This document shows positions 9,213 to 18,409 of a stretch of 64,000 bases of DNA, piece after piece (position 1 is the first letter of the stretch; every line of letters begins with the position of its first letter). The stretch covers positions 1,280,001 to 1,344,000 of the forward strand of contig OY759746.1 in the NCBI GenBank assembly GCA_963662795.1. Direction: 5' to 3'. A program made the translations under genes and the position numbers. This DNA comes from Spirochaetia bacterium. Lineage in GTDB: Bacteria; Spirochaetota; Spirochaetia; CADAEX01. The notes below the pieces were generated by a model. That model did no database searches. It worked only from the letters and a program-made list of their open reading frames with translations, and had not been told where the DNA came from.

Positions 9213-10493
9213 TCAGATAGATGTCCCGTCTTTAAGACACGCATTTTTATTTATGATAATAAGGCCGTCCCTTATGTGATAGTTGTCGTAAGTTCCATCC
9301 TTTCTCTCGATATTATCAATCCCTATCCGGCAGTTCCTTCCGATTCTCACGTTTTTATCAACAATAGCGTTTCCAATAATGGACCCTGCCCCGATACCTA
9401 TGTTCGGAATACCCTGGGAGCGGTTCACCTTTCTCTGATCATCAGTTTCATAAAAATCAGCACCCATACAATAGACATTTTCAAGGCTTGCGCCTGAATC
9501 AATAATTGTCCTTATTCCAATAAGGGAATTGCTGATAAAAGCGTCGGTTATTATTGACCCTTCACCTGCAAGGGCATTCCTGAATGTGCAGGCATTGACT
9601 TTTGAAGGGGGAAGGTCAGTCCTCCTTCCGTAAATCGGCTTCATCTCATCGTACAGGTTAAAATGAGGGGAAATTGAGGCAAGATTAAGGTTTGCCTCAT
9701 AAAAACTTCTTATTGTACCAATATCCTCCCAATAGCCCCCGTAAACATATCCTTTAACCTTATACTTGCTTAGCGCATCCGGTATAAGTTCTTTGCCAAA
9801 ATCTGAAAAATCCGAATCAAGTGATTTAAGAAGTGTTTTCGTATTGAAAATATATATACCCATTGAGGCTAAATACTCTTTTCTTTCGCTTTTTTTGCTG
9901 TCGATAATATACTTTTCCGGCATTTTATATTCTGATATATCTTTTTCATCACCGGGTTTTTCAGTAAATGTGTCAATAAAGCCTTTATCATCAAGCTTCA
10001 GAATCCCAAGGGATCCTGCTGTCTCCCTGTTAACAGGTGTAGCGGCAATACTTACTTCAGCACCTGATTCAACATGTTCCCTGAAGAATTTTTTAAGATC
10101 CATTCTGTAAAGCTGATCGCCGGAAAGAATCATAAAGTATTCAGGGTTTGGAACGAGAAAACTTGCAAGATTTTTTCTTACAGCATCCGCTGTTCCAAGA
10201 AACCACCCTGTTTCCGACCTGAAAGACTGTTTTGCCGCCATTATCCTGACAAAGCCCCTCGTGAATGTGTCAAACTGGTATGTAGAGGATATATGATTAT
10301 GAAGCGAATCCGAATTGAACTGGGTGACAATAAAAATTTCCTTTATGCCTGCATGTATGCTGTTTGATATCGGGATATCAACAAGCCTGTATCTGCATCC
10401 GAATGGAACTGCCGGTTTTGCCCTGTCTTTTGTCAATGGATAAAGCCGTTCCCCTTTTCCTCCGCCGAGAATAACACACGCAATCCTGTCCAT
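9213..10493 (-). CDS. glgC: Glucose-1-phosphate adenylyltransferase (ADP-glucose pyrophosphorylase)
   Basis: GGGKGERLYPLTKDRAKPAVPFG, GTADAVR, LSGDQLYRMD and YWEDIGT motifs. Start placed at ATG 10493 (GGAGG upstream); promoter TTGACT-18-TACAAT at 10535-10564. Confidence 0.95.
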   Translation of the reverse strand: MDRIACVILGGGKGERLYPLTKDRAKPAVPFGCRYRLVDIPISNSIHAGIKEIFIVTQFNSDSLHNHISSTYQFDTFTRGFVRIMAAKQSFRSETGWFLGTADAVRKNLASFLVPNPEYFMILSGDQLYRMDLKKFFREHVESGAEVSIAATPVNRETAGSLGILKLDDKGFIDTFTEKPGDEKDISEYKMPEKYIIDSKKSERKEYLASMGIYIFNTKTLLKSLDSDFSDFGKELIPDALSKYKVKGYVYGGYWEDIGTIRSFYEANLNLASISPHFNLYDEMKPIYGRRTDLPPSKVNACTFRNALAGEGSIITDAFISNSLIGIRTIIDSGASLENVYCMGADFYETDDQRKVNRSQGIPNIGIGAGSIIGNAIVDKNVRIGRNCRIGIDNIERKDGTYDNYHIRDGLIIINKNACLKDGTSI

Positions 10494-10587
10494 CACATTC
10501 CTCCCCAAAGAAATTTATTACTCCATATACTTCAATTGTAGGTTTCTCTTAACTTATAAGTCAAACAGTTATTTCCTGTAATTCAGT

Positions 10588-12069
10588 TCATATAAGGTTA
10601 TTTCTCATTTTAAGCAGTTCAAGGTATAATGATTTGTATTTACCGGCAGATTTACTCCAGGAAAAATCTTTTTTCATGGCCCTGATTTTCATTTTTTCAA
10701 TATCGCTTTTTTTATTATACCAGGTTGAGACTGCCCAGCCGACAGTGTTGTAAAGGGAAGACGGATTCAAATCATTGAATACAAATCCCGTTCCCTCTCC
10801 TGTTTCCTCATTATAGTTTTCAACTGTATCGGCAAGCCCGCCGGTGTTGCGCACAATCGGGAGGGTCCCGTATTTAAGTGAATAAAGCTGATTAAGCCCG
10901 CACGGTTCATACCTGCTGGGCATAAGAAAGAAATCGCATCCTGCCTCGGCAAGATGGGCAAGGCGCTCATTATAGCCGATCCGCACTTTAAGATTTTCAA
11001 GCCGGGAAGCGAGCCGGCCAAGTTCAACTTCACACCACCTGTCTCCGGAACCCACAATTACAAACTGGAGATCAAAATCCCTGCAGATATGATAAAGGCT
11101 GCCGCTCCCGGGAAAGATGAGTTCGTTTATCCCTTTCTGTGAAACCAGTCTCGTAACCATTCCGATAACCGGTTTTTCCGCATCTTCATGCAGTCCAAGT
11201 TCCCTCTGGAGAGTTTTCTTTACTTTCTTTTTATTAGCCGGTTTTGAAGGCGAATAGTTGTCCGGGGCAATCATAGAATCTGTTTCAGGATTCCAGTGGT
11301 CATAATCCGCGCCGTTTAGAATCCCGTGCAGATCATTCTTCCTTAATCCAAGGAGCCCTTCAAGCCGGTGGCCATGCTCAGGCGTTTTTATTTCCTCGCC
11401 ATAGGTAGGAGAAACCGTAGTAAGTAAATCCGCCGTTACTATGCCTGTTTTAAGAAAGTTAAGTGCTCCGTCAAATTCAAGTTCAGACAGTTCCCAGGTT
11501 GAATGATACTTTTTTACAAATCCGGAATCCGACAATGGAAAAATCCCCTGATAACCAAGATTATGGATAGTCAGCATTGAAAAACTACCGGAAAACTCTC
11601 CTGCATGCTCCTCCCTGCGGAGGAAATAAGGAACCAGAGAGGATCCCCAGTCGTGGCAGTGAAAAACATCAGGAATCCATCCAGTCATTCTGCACAGATG
11701 AAAAACAGATCTGCAGAAAAATGCATAGCGTTTCGCGTTGTCGGGATAACCTTCTTCCGGTGTATTTCCGTAGATTCCGCTTCTTCCGTAAAGTTCTTCA
11801 TGATCGATAAAATAAACCGGAACGCCGGATGAAGGCAGTTCACCTTTATAAACAGCGGCCCATTCATCTCCGTAAGGCATGGGAACATAAAGAGGGGAAG
11901 GATGTTTTTCAAGACTGGTCCTGTCAACACAATAATAACGGGGCATCACAATCCTTACATCTGTATCCATGGATATAAGAGATGATGAAAGAGCGCTGAC
12001 CATGTCGGCAAGCCCGCCTGTTTTCGCAAAGGGGGAAGTTTCTGTCGTTACCATCAATATTCGAACCAT
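10588..12069 (-). CDS. glgA: Glycogen synthase (GT5)
   Basis: KTGGLAD, HCHDW, TIHNLGYQG, MPSRYEPCGLNQ and TGGLADTV motifs. Confidence 0.95.
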   Translation of the reverse strand: MVRILMVTTETSPFAKTGGLADMVSALSSSLISMDTDVRIVMPRYYCVDRTSLEKHPSPLYVPMPYGDEWAAVYKGELPSSGVPVYFIDHEELYGRSGIYGNTPEEGYPDNAKRYAFFCRSVFHLCRMTGWIPDVFHCHDWGSSLVPYFLRREEHAGEFSGSFSMLTIHNLGYQGIFPLSDSGFVKKYHSTWELSELEFDGALNFLKTGIVTADLLTTVSPTYGEEIKTPEHGHRLEGLLGLRKNDLHGILNGADYDHWNPETDSMIAPDNYSPSKPANKKKVKKTLQRELGLHEDAEKPVIGMVTRLVSQKGINELIFPGSGSLYHICRDFDLQFVIVGSGDRWCEVELGRLASRLENLKVRIGYNERLAHLAEAGCDFFLMPSRYEPCGLNQLYSLKYGTLPIVRNTGGLADTVENYNEETGEGTGFVFNDLNPSSLYNTVGWAVSTWYNKKSDIEKMKIRAMKKDFSWSKSAGKYKSLYLELLKMRNNLI

Positions 12070-12083
12070 GAATTATTATTCCT

Positions 12084-13760
12084 TTATTCCTTTATTCTGA
12101 ATATTTTTGCTTCACACTGATCCAGGGAAACATCAAAAACCATGTCGGTAATATTCATCTCCCGTCCGTTAAGCACATTTACCAGTTTGAACCATTTGAA
12201 AGGAAGCCGGAAATCCTTCTGGTTCATAACTATTGTTGCCCCTTTGTATATATCAAGATTGACAAGAAGAAGCCAGGCGGATTTTCCGGCTATATCGCTT
12301 CTTACCACACCGATTATCGAATTGTGGTTGTTGTCAATAAAGTGGATATTCCCTATCTCCTGGAAAACTGGTTCTGTTTCAAGAATATTATTGATTATTC
12401 TGAACATCTCACGGAAATCGTTATTTCCCGATATTACAGCTTTATTATTTCTTCCTATGAAATGGATCTTTTTCTCTATGCCGGTTTCACTTCCCTGGAC
12501 AATACCGGTCTGCCCGGTACCCAGGAGCGCGTAAATCACATACCTTGCCATAGTTGAGCATACGCTTCCGTATTCCTCTGCCGGGCTGCCTGTATCGTGG
12601 GTTGTAAGCGGAAGAAAATACTTGAGTCCCCCTTGAGTATGTATATTTCTCAGATAGCGTCTTAAATCAGGGGCAGACCTGTATTCCCATGGATTGCCGA
12701 GAATAAGGTTAAGCTGCCAGTCCGGAACGTTTTTATAGAAATTCTCTTTGGAAGAAAAATACTCTCCTATCAGAATAAGATCAGGGTAATCAAGTTTAAG
12801 CTTTCCTGTTATATATATCATGAACATCGAATTGGAGCTGTGCAGATTGTCAAATCTTAAGCCCCCTCCGGTATAATCCGCATAGTTTCCCCAGAAATCA
12901 ACATAATGGTACATATAATTCCATATTTCATAGCTTATACCGGGATCATTGTGGGCATAATTAACAAGAACAAGATCCTCCCATTTTATCCAGGAGTTGT
13001 TATGGGTGCATCCTGCCCTTTTCAGTCCGTCTTTTTCATTGCTGTCCTTGACAATCCAGTCACTGCAGTCCTTTGCAAGATTGCTCTCATTGCTGATATG
13101 ATTAACAACAATATCGAGAAACAGTTTTATACCGAGCTTTTTTACTTCTTCAACAAACCCTTCAAACTGTGTTATTCCGTCGGAAGTGTCATCCTGATCC
13201 AGGAAAGAGGAGTCAATTTCAAAAAGATTTACAGCTGAATAAGGGCTTTCCGAACTGCCCATCCTGGTTACCGGGAGAAGATGTATCGCGTTAAAACCGC
13301 TTTCGCGAATATCTGGAAGCATTTTTTTCCAGTCTGATATAGTACCGGAGACGGTAGGAATAAGGGTATAGATCCGCAGGCTCTTCATCGTAGGAGGGTC
13401 GACAAGAACTTTTCTTACAGGCCCTGCATCCCAGAACCAGGTTTTTCCATTATCAAATGAATATTTTATTTTGAATTCAAAGAGGCCGCATTTGCTGAAT
13501 TTATATTCAAGCTTGAACCTTCCCGGGGAAAGCTCGTCCATGGGATAATTTTTCCATTTTACTTTCTGCTGTTCATCAGGAAAATCGGCAAAAATATCAA
13601 CAATAATTTTTTTCTTTACATTTGTAACCTCAATTTCAAGGTAAATCTCGGTATCTCTAATCGTTCTGATAATTTTTTCATCCTGATACGGGTGAGCAAA
13701 TATAATTTCACCTTCCCTGCCATAGGCAGATTTCAGGACAGGTATAGGTCTTCTTTCCAA
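12084..13760 (-). CDS. GH13 alpha-amylase-family protein resembling the 4-alpha-glucanotransferase domain of eukaryotic glycogen debranching enzyme
   Basis: GFNAIHLLP...SPYS, DIVVNH, GLRFDNLHS (nucleophile), IGEYF (acid/base), TTHDT; TTG start with AGGAGG. Confidence 0.75.
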   Translation of the reverse strand: MERRPIPVLKSAYGREGEIIFAHPYQDEKIIRTIRDTEIYLEIEVTNVKKKIIVDIFADFPDEQQKVKWKNYPMDELSPGRFKLEYKFSKCGLFEFKIKYSFDNGKTWFWDAGPVRKVLVDPPTMKSLRIYTLIPTVSGTISDWKKMLPDIRESGFNAIHLLPVTRMGSSESPYSAVNLFEIDSSFLDQDDTSDGITQFEGFVEEVKKLGIKLFLDIVVNHISNESNLAKDCSDWIVKDSNEKDGLKRAGCTHNNSWIKWEDLVLVNYAHNDPGISYEIWNYMYHYVDFWGNYADYTGGGLRFDNLHSSNSMFMIYITGKLKLDYPDLILIGEYFSSKENFYKNVPDWQLNLILGNPWEYRSAPDLRRYLRNIHTQGGLKYFLPLTTHDTGSPAEEYGSVCSTMARYVIYALLGTGQTGIVQGSETGIEKKIHFIGRNNKAVISGNNDFREMFRIINNILETEPVFQEIGNIHFIDNNHNSIIGVVRSDIAGKSAWLLLVNLDIYKGATIVMNQKDFRLPFKWFKLVNVLNGREMNITDMVFDVSLDQCEAKIFRIKE

Positions 13761-13775
13761 ATGATTCCTCCTGAT

Positions 13776-16223
13776 TTAACCTGAAACTACAGGTTTAATT
13801 TTCCATATTTTTTCAGAATATTCCCTGATCGACCTGTCGCTTGAGAATTTACCGGCTGCAGAAACATTCAGGATTGCCTTTTCATTCCATCTGCCGCTGT
13901 CAGTGTAAAGGTTCCAGGCTGCGTCATGCGCCTCAATATACGACGGCAGATCCACAAAATGCATGTATGTATCATACTTTAAAAGCATATCCTGAATCGG
14001 ACTGAATACACCCGGTTCATTAAGGTCAAAATAACCGTAAAAAATAAGGTCGGCAGCCTGTTTTATTGCCGGATCTTTCATGTACCATTCTGTAGGACTA
14101 TATCCGTTTCTAAGTTCAGCAATTTCGTCAGCGTTTTTCCCGAAAATAAAGATGTTCTCTTTTCCGACTTCCTGCGCAATTTCGACATTGGCGCCGTCGT
14201 AGGTGCCTATTGTAAGCGCGCCGTTAAGCATGAATTTCATGTTGCTGGTGCCGGATGCCTCTGTGCCCGCAGTTGATATCTGTTCAGAAATGTCAGCGGC
14301 AGGGATTATTTTTTCAGCAAGGGAAACACCGTAATCCCACAGAAAATATAGTTTTATCATGCTGTTGGTGTCTGTGTCCCTGTTGATAACAGTTGACACA
14401 TTGCATATCAGCTTAATAATCAGTTTTGCCATCCCGTATCCGGGGGCAGCTTTTCCGCCAAGCAGAAATGTATGGGGATATATTTTTTTCCCCTTTTTTA
14501 CCTGTTCATAAAGGTATACTATATGAAGAACATTCATCAGCTGTCTTTTATACTCATGTATGCGCTTAACCTGAATATCAAAAATAGAGTCCGGATTAAG
14601 ATCAATTCCATAGGAGGTTATGCACTGCTTTCCCAGCTGGAATTTTGCATCTCTTTTTGTTTTTTTGAATTTTTCCTGAAATGCGGAATCCGCGGCGAGA
14701 GGGGCAAGCTGTTTAAGGTGTGTCAGCTCTGTAATCCACCCGTCTCCGATAGTTTCCGTTATCAGATTTGCCAGTGATGGATTCGCCTTCAAAAGCCATC
14801 TCCGCTGGGTTATGCCGTTAGTGATATTTATAAATCGATCGGGATACATTTCATAAAAATCCTTAAAAAGCCTCTCTTTCAGCAATCTTGTATGAAGCTC
14901 TGCCACCCCGTTAACAGTATTTGAGCCGACAACGGATAGATTTGCCATCCTTACATGCTTTGTGCTGTTTTCGCCTATTATGCTCATACTGGCAAGTTTT
15001 CCCATATCATAGGGAAAGGCAGTTGAAACCTTCTGCAGGAATTTCTGGTTTATCTGATATATAATCTCAAGATGCCGGGGAAGATATTTCTCAAACATCC
15101 CGACAGGCCAGACCTCAAGCGCTTCCGGCATCAGTGTATGATTGGTAAAGCCGAATATCTTAAAGCATACATTCCAGGCTACATCCCAGGGTAGCCGCTC
15201 TTCATCAACCAGTTTTCGCATAAGCTCAGGAACAGCCAGGGCCGGATGGGTATCGTTAAGCTGGATTGCAGTTTTATCTGAAAGATCTGTATAAGGAAGT
15301 CCCAGAGTCCTGAAACGCCTTAAAATATCCTGGATAGAGCATGAAACAAAGAAATATTCCTGCTTGAATCTCAGTTCTTTACCTTCGTTAAAACTGTCGT
15401 TAGGGTAAAGCACCTTGGTAAGGCTCTCCGCTCTTGCCTGTCTGTCAACAGAATAATAATAGTCGCCCTGATTGAATTTCTTATAATTGAATTTTTCAAG
15501 GCTGGTAGCGCGCCACAGCCGCAGAATATTAATAGTCCTGCCGCCGTATCCGACAACCGGCATGTCATATGGAATTCCGATTATATCATCGGTATCAACC
15601 CAGCTGACTAAATTATTCTCATCCTTTTCAAGACGTCCCCCGAACTGCACGATACACGGGATATCCGGCCTTTTAATTTCCCAGGGGTTGCCGTATTTCA
15701 GCCAGTCATCAGGTTTTTCAACCTGATAGCCGCTTGCAATTTCCTGCCTGAATATCCCGAACTCATAGCGGAGGCCGTAGCCTATTGCCGGATAATCCAT
15801 CGTTGCGAGCGAATCAAGATAACAGGCAGCCAGCCTTCCAAGTCCGCCATTTCCCAGACCCTGATCATGTTCAAGTTCCTGAATCTCCTGAAGGGGCACA
15901 CCAAGATTTTTCATGGCTTCTTTCAGCTGATCCTGAATACCCAGATTGATTATATTGTTTCCTATCGCCCTGCCCATAAGGTATTCGATTGAAAAATAGT
16001 AAAGTTTTCGGCCAATATCCTTTTCGTGGACTTTTTTTGTTTTAACCCACCTTTCAATAAGCCTGTCCCTTATTGTATAAACAAGGGCATAATACCTGTC
16101 ATACTTTGATTTTGACTTCGGATCTATGGCAAGACTGTATTTCAGATGCTCTTCAAACCCTGAAGCTATTGATTCAGCATCTGTACCCTGTCTTGATGTG
16201 AACACATTATTACCGTTTAACAT
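13776..16223 (-). CDS. glgP: Glycogen/starch phosphorylase (GT35)
   Basis: GLGNGGLGRLAAC, QLNDTHP, QVKRIHEYKRQ and EASGTSNMKF (PLP lysine) motifs. Confidence 0.97.
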   Translation of the reverse strand: MLNGNNVFTSRQGTDAESIASGFEEHLKYSLAIDPKSKSKYDRYYALVYTIRDRLIERWVKTKKVHEKDIGRKLYYFSIEYLMGRAIGNNIINLGIQDQLKEAMKNLGVPLQEIQELEHDQGLGNGGLGRLAACYLDSLATMDYPAIGYGLRYEFGIFRQEIASGYQVEKPDDWLKYGNPWEIKRPDIPCIVQFGGRLEKDENNLVSWVDTDDIIGIPYDMPVVGYGGRTINILRLWRATSLEKFNYKKFNQGDYYYSVDRQARAESLTKVLYPNDSFNEGKELRFKQEYFFVSCSIQDILRRFRTLGLPYTDLSDKTAIQLNDTHPALAVPELMRKLVDEERLPWDVAWNVCFKIFGFTNHTLMPEALEVWPVGMFEKYLPRHLEIIYQINQKFLQKVSTAFPYDMGKLASMSIIGENSTKHVRMANLSVVGSNTVNGVAELHTRLLKERLFKDFYEMYPDRFINITNGITQRRWLLKANPSLANLITETIGDGWITELTHLKQLAPLAADSAFQEKFKKTKRDAKFQLGKQCITSYGIDLNPDSIFDIQVKRIHEYKRQLMNVLHIVYLYEQVKKGKKIYPHTFLLGGKAAPGYGMAKLIIKLICNVSTVINRDTDTNSMIKLYFLWDYGVSLAEKIIPAADISEQISTAGTEASGTSNMKFMLNGALTIGTYDGANVEIAQEVGKENIFIFGKNADEIAELRNGYSPTEWYMKDPAIKQAADLIFYGYFDLNEPGVFSPIQDMLLKYDTYMHFVDLPSYIEAHDAAWNLYTDSGRWNEKAILNVSAAGKFSSDRSIREYSEKIWKIKPVVSG

Positions 16224-16283
16224 TACAAAACCCCCCGGTTCCTATAAAAACTCAATCAGTAAATATTAATATAAAAAAGTACA

Positions 16284-18284
16284 TCAGAAATTATTCTTTA
16301 TATCCCGGATCCGCTCAAGAGCCCTGATTATTTCACCGGAACTCCAGGCCTGCGCATAAGCGCCTTTTCCCTCATAAGGGCTTTCCCCGTCAAAAACTTC
16401 CGATATAAAGCCGATACCTTCGGCATTTATATGAAAATCAAGAAAATTTAAAAGATGCTTTTCAATCTCTGCCGCTTTTGCTTTTTTGTCATCAGCCGTA
16501 AAAAGCGCCGCGTCAGTATATATTCCAAACAGCCACGGCCATACAGTCCCCTGATGATAAACCCCGTCCCGCTTATCTCCATTACCCTGATATACTTTAC
16601 TGAAAAAAGAGTCAACAGGGGAAAGGGTCCGCAGTCCGCACCGTGTAAGCAATTCTTTTTCCGTAATCTCAACAAGCCTTTTTCCCTTCTCCCTGTCTAA
16701 AAGCGGATAAGGAACCGCAAGCGCATACAGCATATTGGGTCTTACGGATTTATCCTGACATCCGTCCCTGCGGACAACATCTGCAAGATAGCCTTCTTCG
16801 GGAACCCAGTAACTTTCCAGAAAATTCTGTTCGATTTTATCGGCAGCTTCGGAGGCTCTGGAAAGACCTTTCCTTTTAAAAGCCGCGCAAAGTTCAGCAT
16901 AAAACCTGAGTGCGTTATAGAATAATGCAGTTATCTCGACAGGACTGCCTCCTCTGGGAGTTACAGGTATGCCCCGGCTTTTTGCGTCCATCCATGTCAG
17001 CTGTGTATTGTCATCTCCCGCTTCAGGAAATCCTTTGCTGTTTATAACCAACCCGGGAACTTTGCCGTCAAGATATGCAGTTATTATCTTTTCAACTGCA
17101 GGAAAAATACTTTCCCTGAATTCTTTTTTCAGCTTACCGCAGGCATAAAGACACTGGGCAGCCCAGATATATAAAAGACCTGCGTCTATTGAATTATATG
17201 ATTCAAAACCCTGAGTTCCGCTCAGTGTATTGGGGATAAGTCCGTCTTTTATAAATGAAGAATATGATTGAAGGATATCAAGCCCTGCATGAGGATTGCC
17301 GCAGTATATCGTAAGACCGGGAAGGGCTATCATTGTGTCCCGCCCCCACTCTCCGAACCACGGATAGCCTGCAATGATTGAAAGCCCGCTTCTGTTTTTT
17401 ACAAGAAAATGTCTGCTTCCCTGTTTCAACGTTCTTACAGTATCATATTCACCTCTAAACTGTCTTTTTACTGCTTCTCTCTTGTTCTTTTCCCTGTTAT
17501 AGACCTCAGTAAGATAATTTTTTCCTGAACCTGGAATATCACTGCAGGCTGCCCTTAAAATAATTTTTTCGGCGGTTTTTGCATTGAAAGAAAAAGTCCC
17601 GGGCATATAGCAGTCTTCGCGGAAATCAAATCCTCTTTCCATTTCACGGAAATATTCCCTGTTTTTAAGCCAGATCCCGTTTCCGGAAAAATCAGCTTTA
17701 CCGCTGAATGTAAAGTAAAGAGGAGGCATCCTGTCATAGAAAGAGATCCTGGTGCTGTGGTCTGTTTCCGAAACAGAAGGAGAGAGATAATGGTTTTCGT
17801 GCGTAAGTTCATTTGAATTTCTGTACGCAGCAACCGGCGAAATGGAAACGGCAACGGCAGAGAAATCTTCAGCATTTTTTCTGTCCATCTTAAACGACAG
17901 ATAGACGGCAGAATCTTCCGCCATAAATATTTCGACTGTAACTGTTAATAACCCGATTCTGAAAACCCATTCAGGGAAGATTGAATTGTCAAATTTTTCA
18001 AGATATACATAACCTGCCGGATCCAGCACACCGGGATACTGGGTAGTTTCAAGCCGGTATGTCCTGCCATCAATATCTGTAACTGAAATTTCATATCCTG
18101 ACAGCAGAACATACCTCCCTTCAAATCCTTCAAGAGGTGTAACAATAAGGCCATGGTATTTTCTTGTGCTGCACATTGGGACAGTCAGGCTGCAGAACCC
18201 TCCTTTCCCGTCTGTTTCAAGCCATTCCCTGTCAAGCCATGGGCAGGGCTGATTTGTAACGCCTGCTTTCTTAATTAATTTCAT
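16284..18284 (-). CDS. Amylo-alpha-1,6-glucosidase (GH133, GDE_N + GDE_C)
   Basis: EWLETDGKGGF, TRKYHGL, AGYPWFGEWGRDTMIALPG, LTWMDA, YHQGTVWPWL and AQAWS motifs. Start placed at ATG 18284 (AGGAGG upstream). Confidence 0.9.
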   Translation of the reverse strand: MKLIKKAGVTNQPCPWLDREWLETDGKGGFCSLTVPMCSTRKYHGLIVTPLEGFEGRYVLLSGYEISVTDIDGRTYRLETTQYPGVLDPAGYVYLEKFDNSIFPEWVFRIGLLTVTVEIFMAEDSAVYLSFKMDRKNAEDFSAVAVSISPVAAYRNSNELTHENHYLSPSVSETDHSTRISFYDRMPPLYFTFSGKADFSGNGIWLKNREYFREMERGFDFREDCYMPGTFSFNAKTAEKIILRAACSDIPGSGKNYLTEVYNREKNKREAVKRQFRGEYDTVRTLKQGSRHFLVKNRSGLSIIAGYPWFGEWGRDTMIALPGLTIYCGNPHAGLDILQSYSSFIKDGLIPNTLSGTQGFESYNSIDAGLLYIWAAQCLYACGKLKKEFRESIFPAVEKIITAYLDGKVPGLVINSKGFPEAGDDNTQLTWMDAKSRGIPVTPRGGSPVEITALFYNALRFYAELCAAFKRKGLSRASEAADKIEQNFLESYWVPEEGYLADVVRRDGCQDKSVRPNMLYALAVPYPLLDREKGKRLVEITEKELLTRCGLRTLSPVDSFFSKVYQGNGDKRDGVYHQGTVWPWLFGIYTDAALFTADDKKAKAAEIEKHLLNFLDFHINAEGIGFISEVFDGESPYEGKGAYAQAWSSGEIIRALERIRDIKNNF

Positions 18285-18383
18285 ATGTATGTCCTCCTGC
18301 CGGTACACTAAAAACCGGGGCAATCCAGTAAAACAAAGCTATATAAAGCAGCATAAAAAAGCCGCTTATTCTTCACCGGCATT

Positions 18384-18408
18384 AAAAGCCGCCGCTCGTG
18401 CTGGCGGC
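18384..18408 (-). terminator. Intrinsic terminator-like hairpin after glgB
   Basis: GCCGCC (18388-18393) / GGCGGC (18403-18408) followed by TTTT on the minus strand. Confidence 0.5.
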
Positions 18409-18409
18409 A

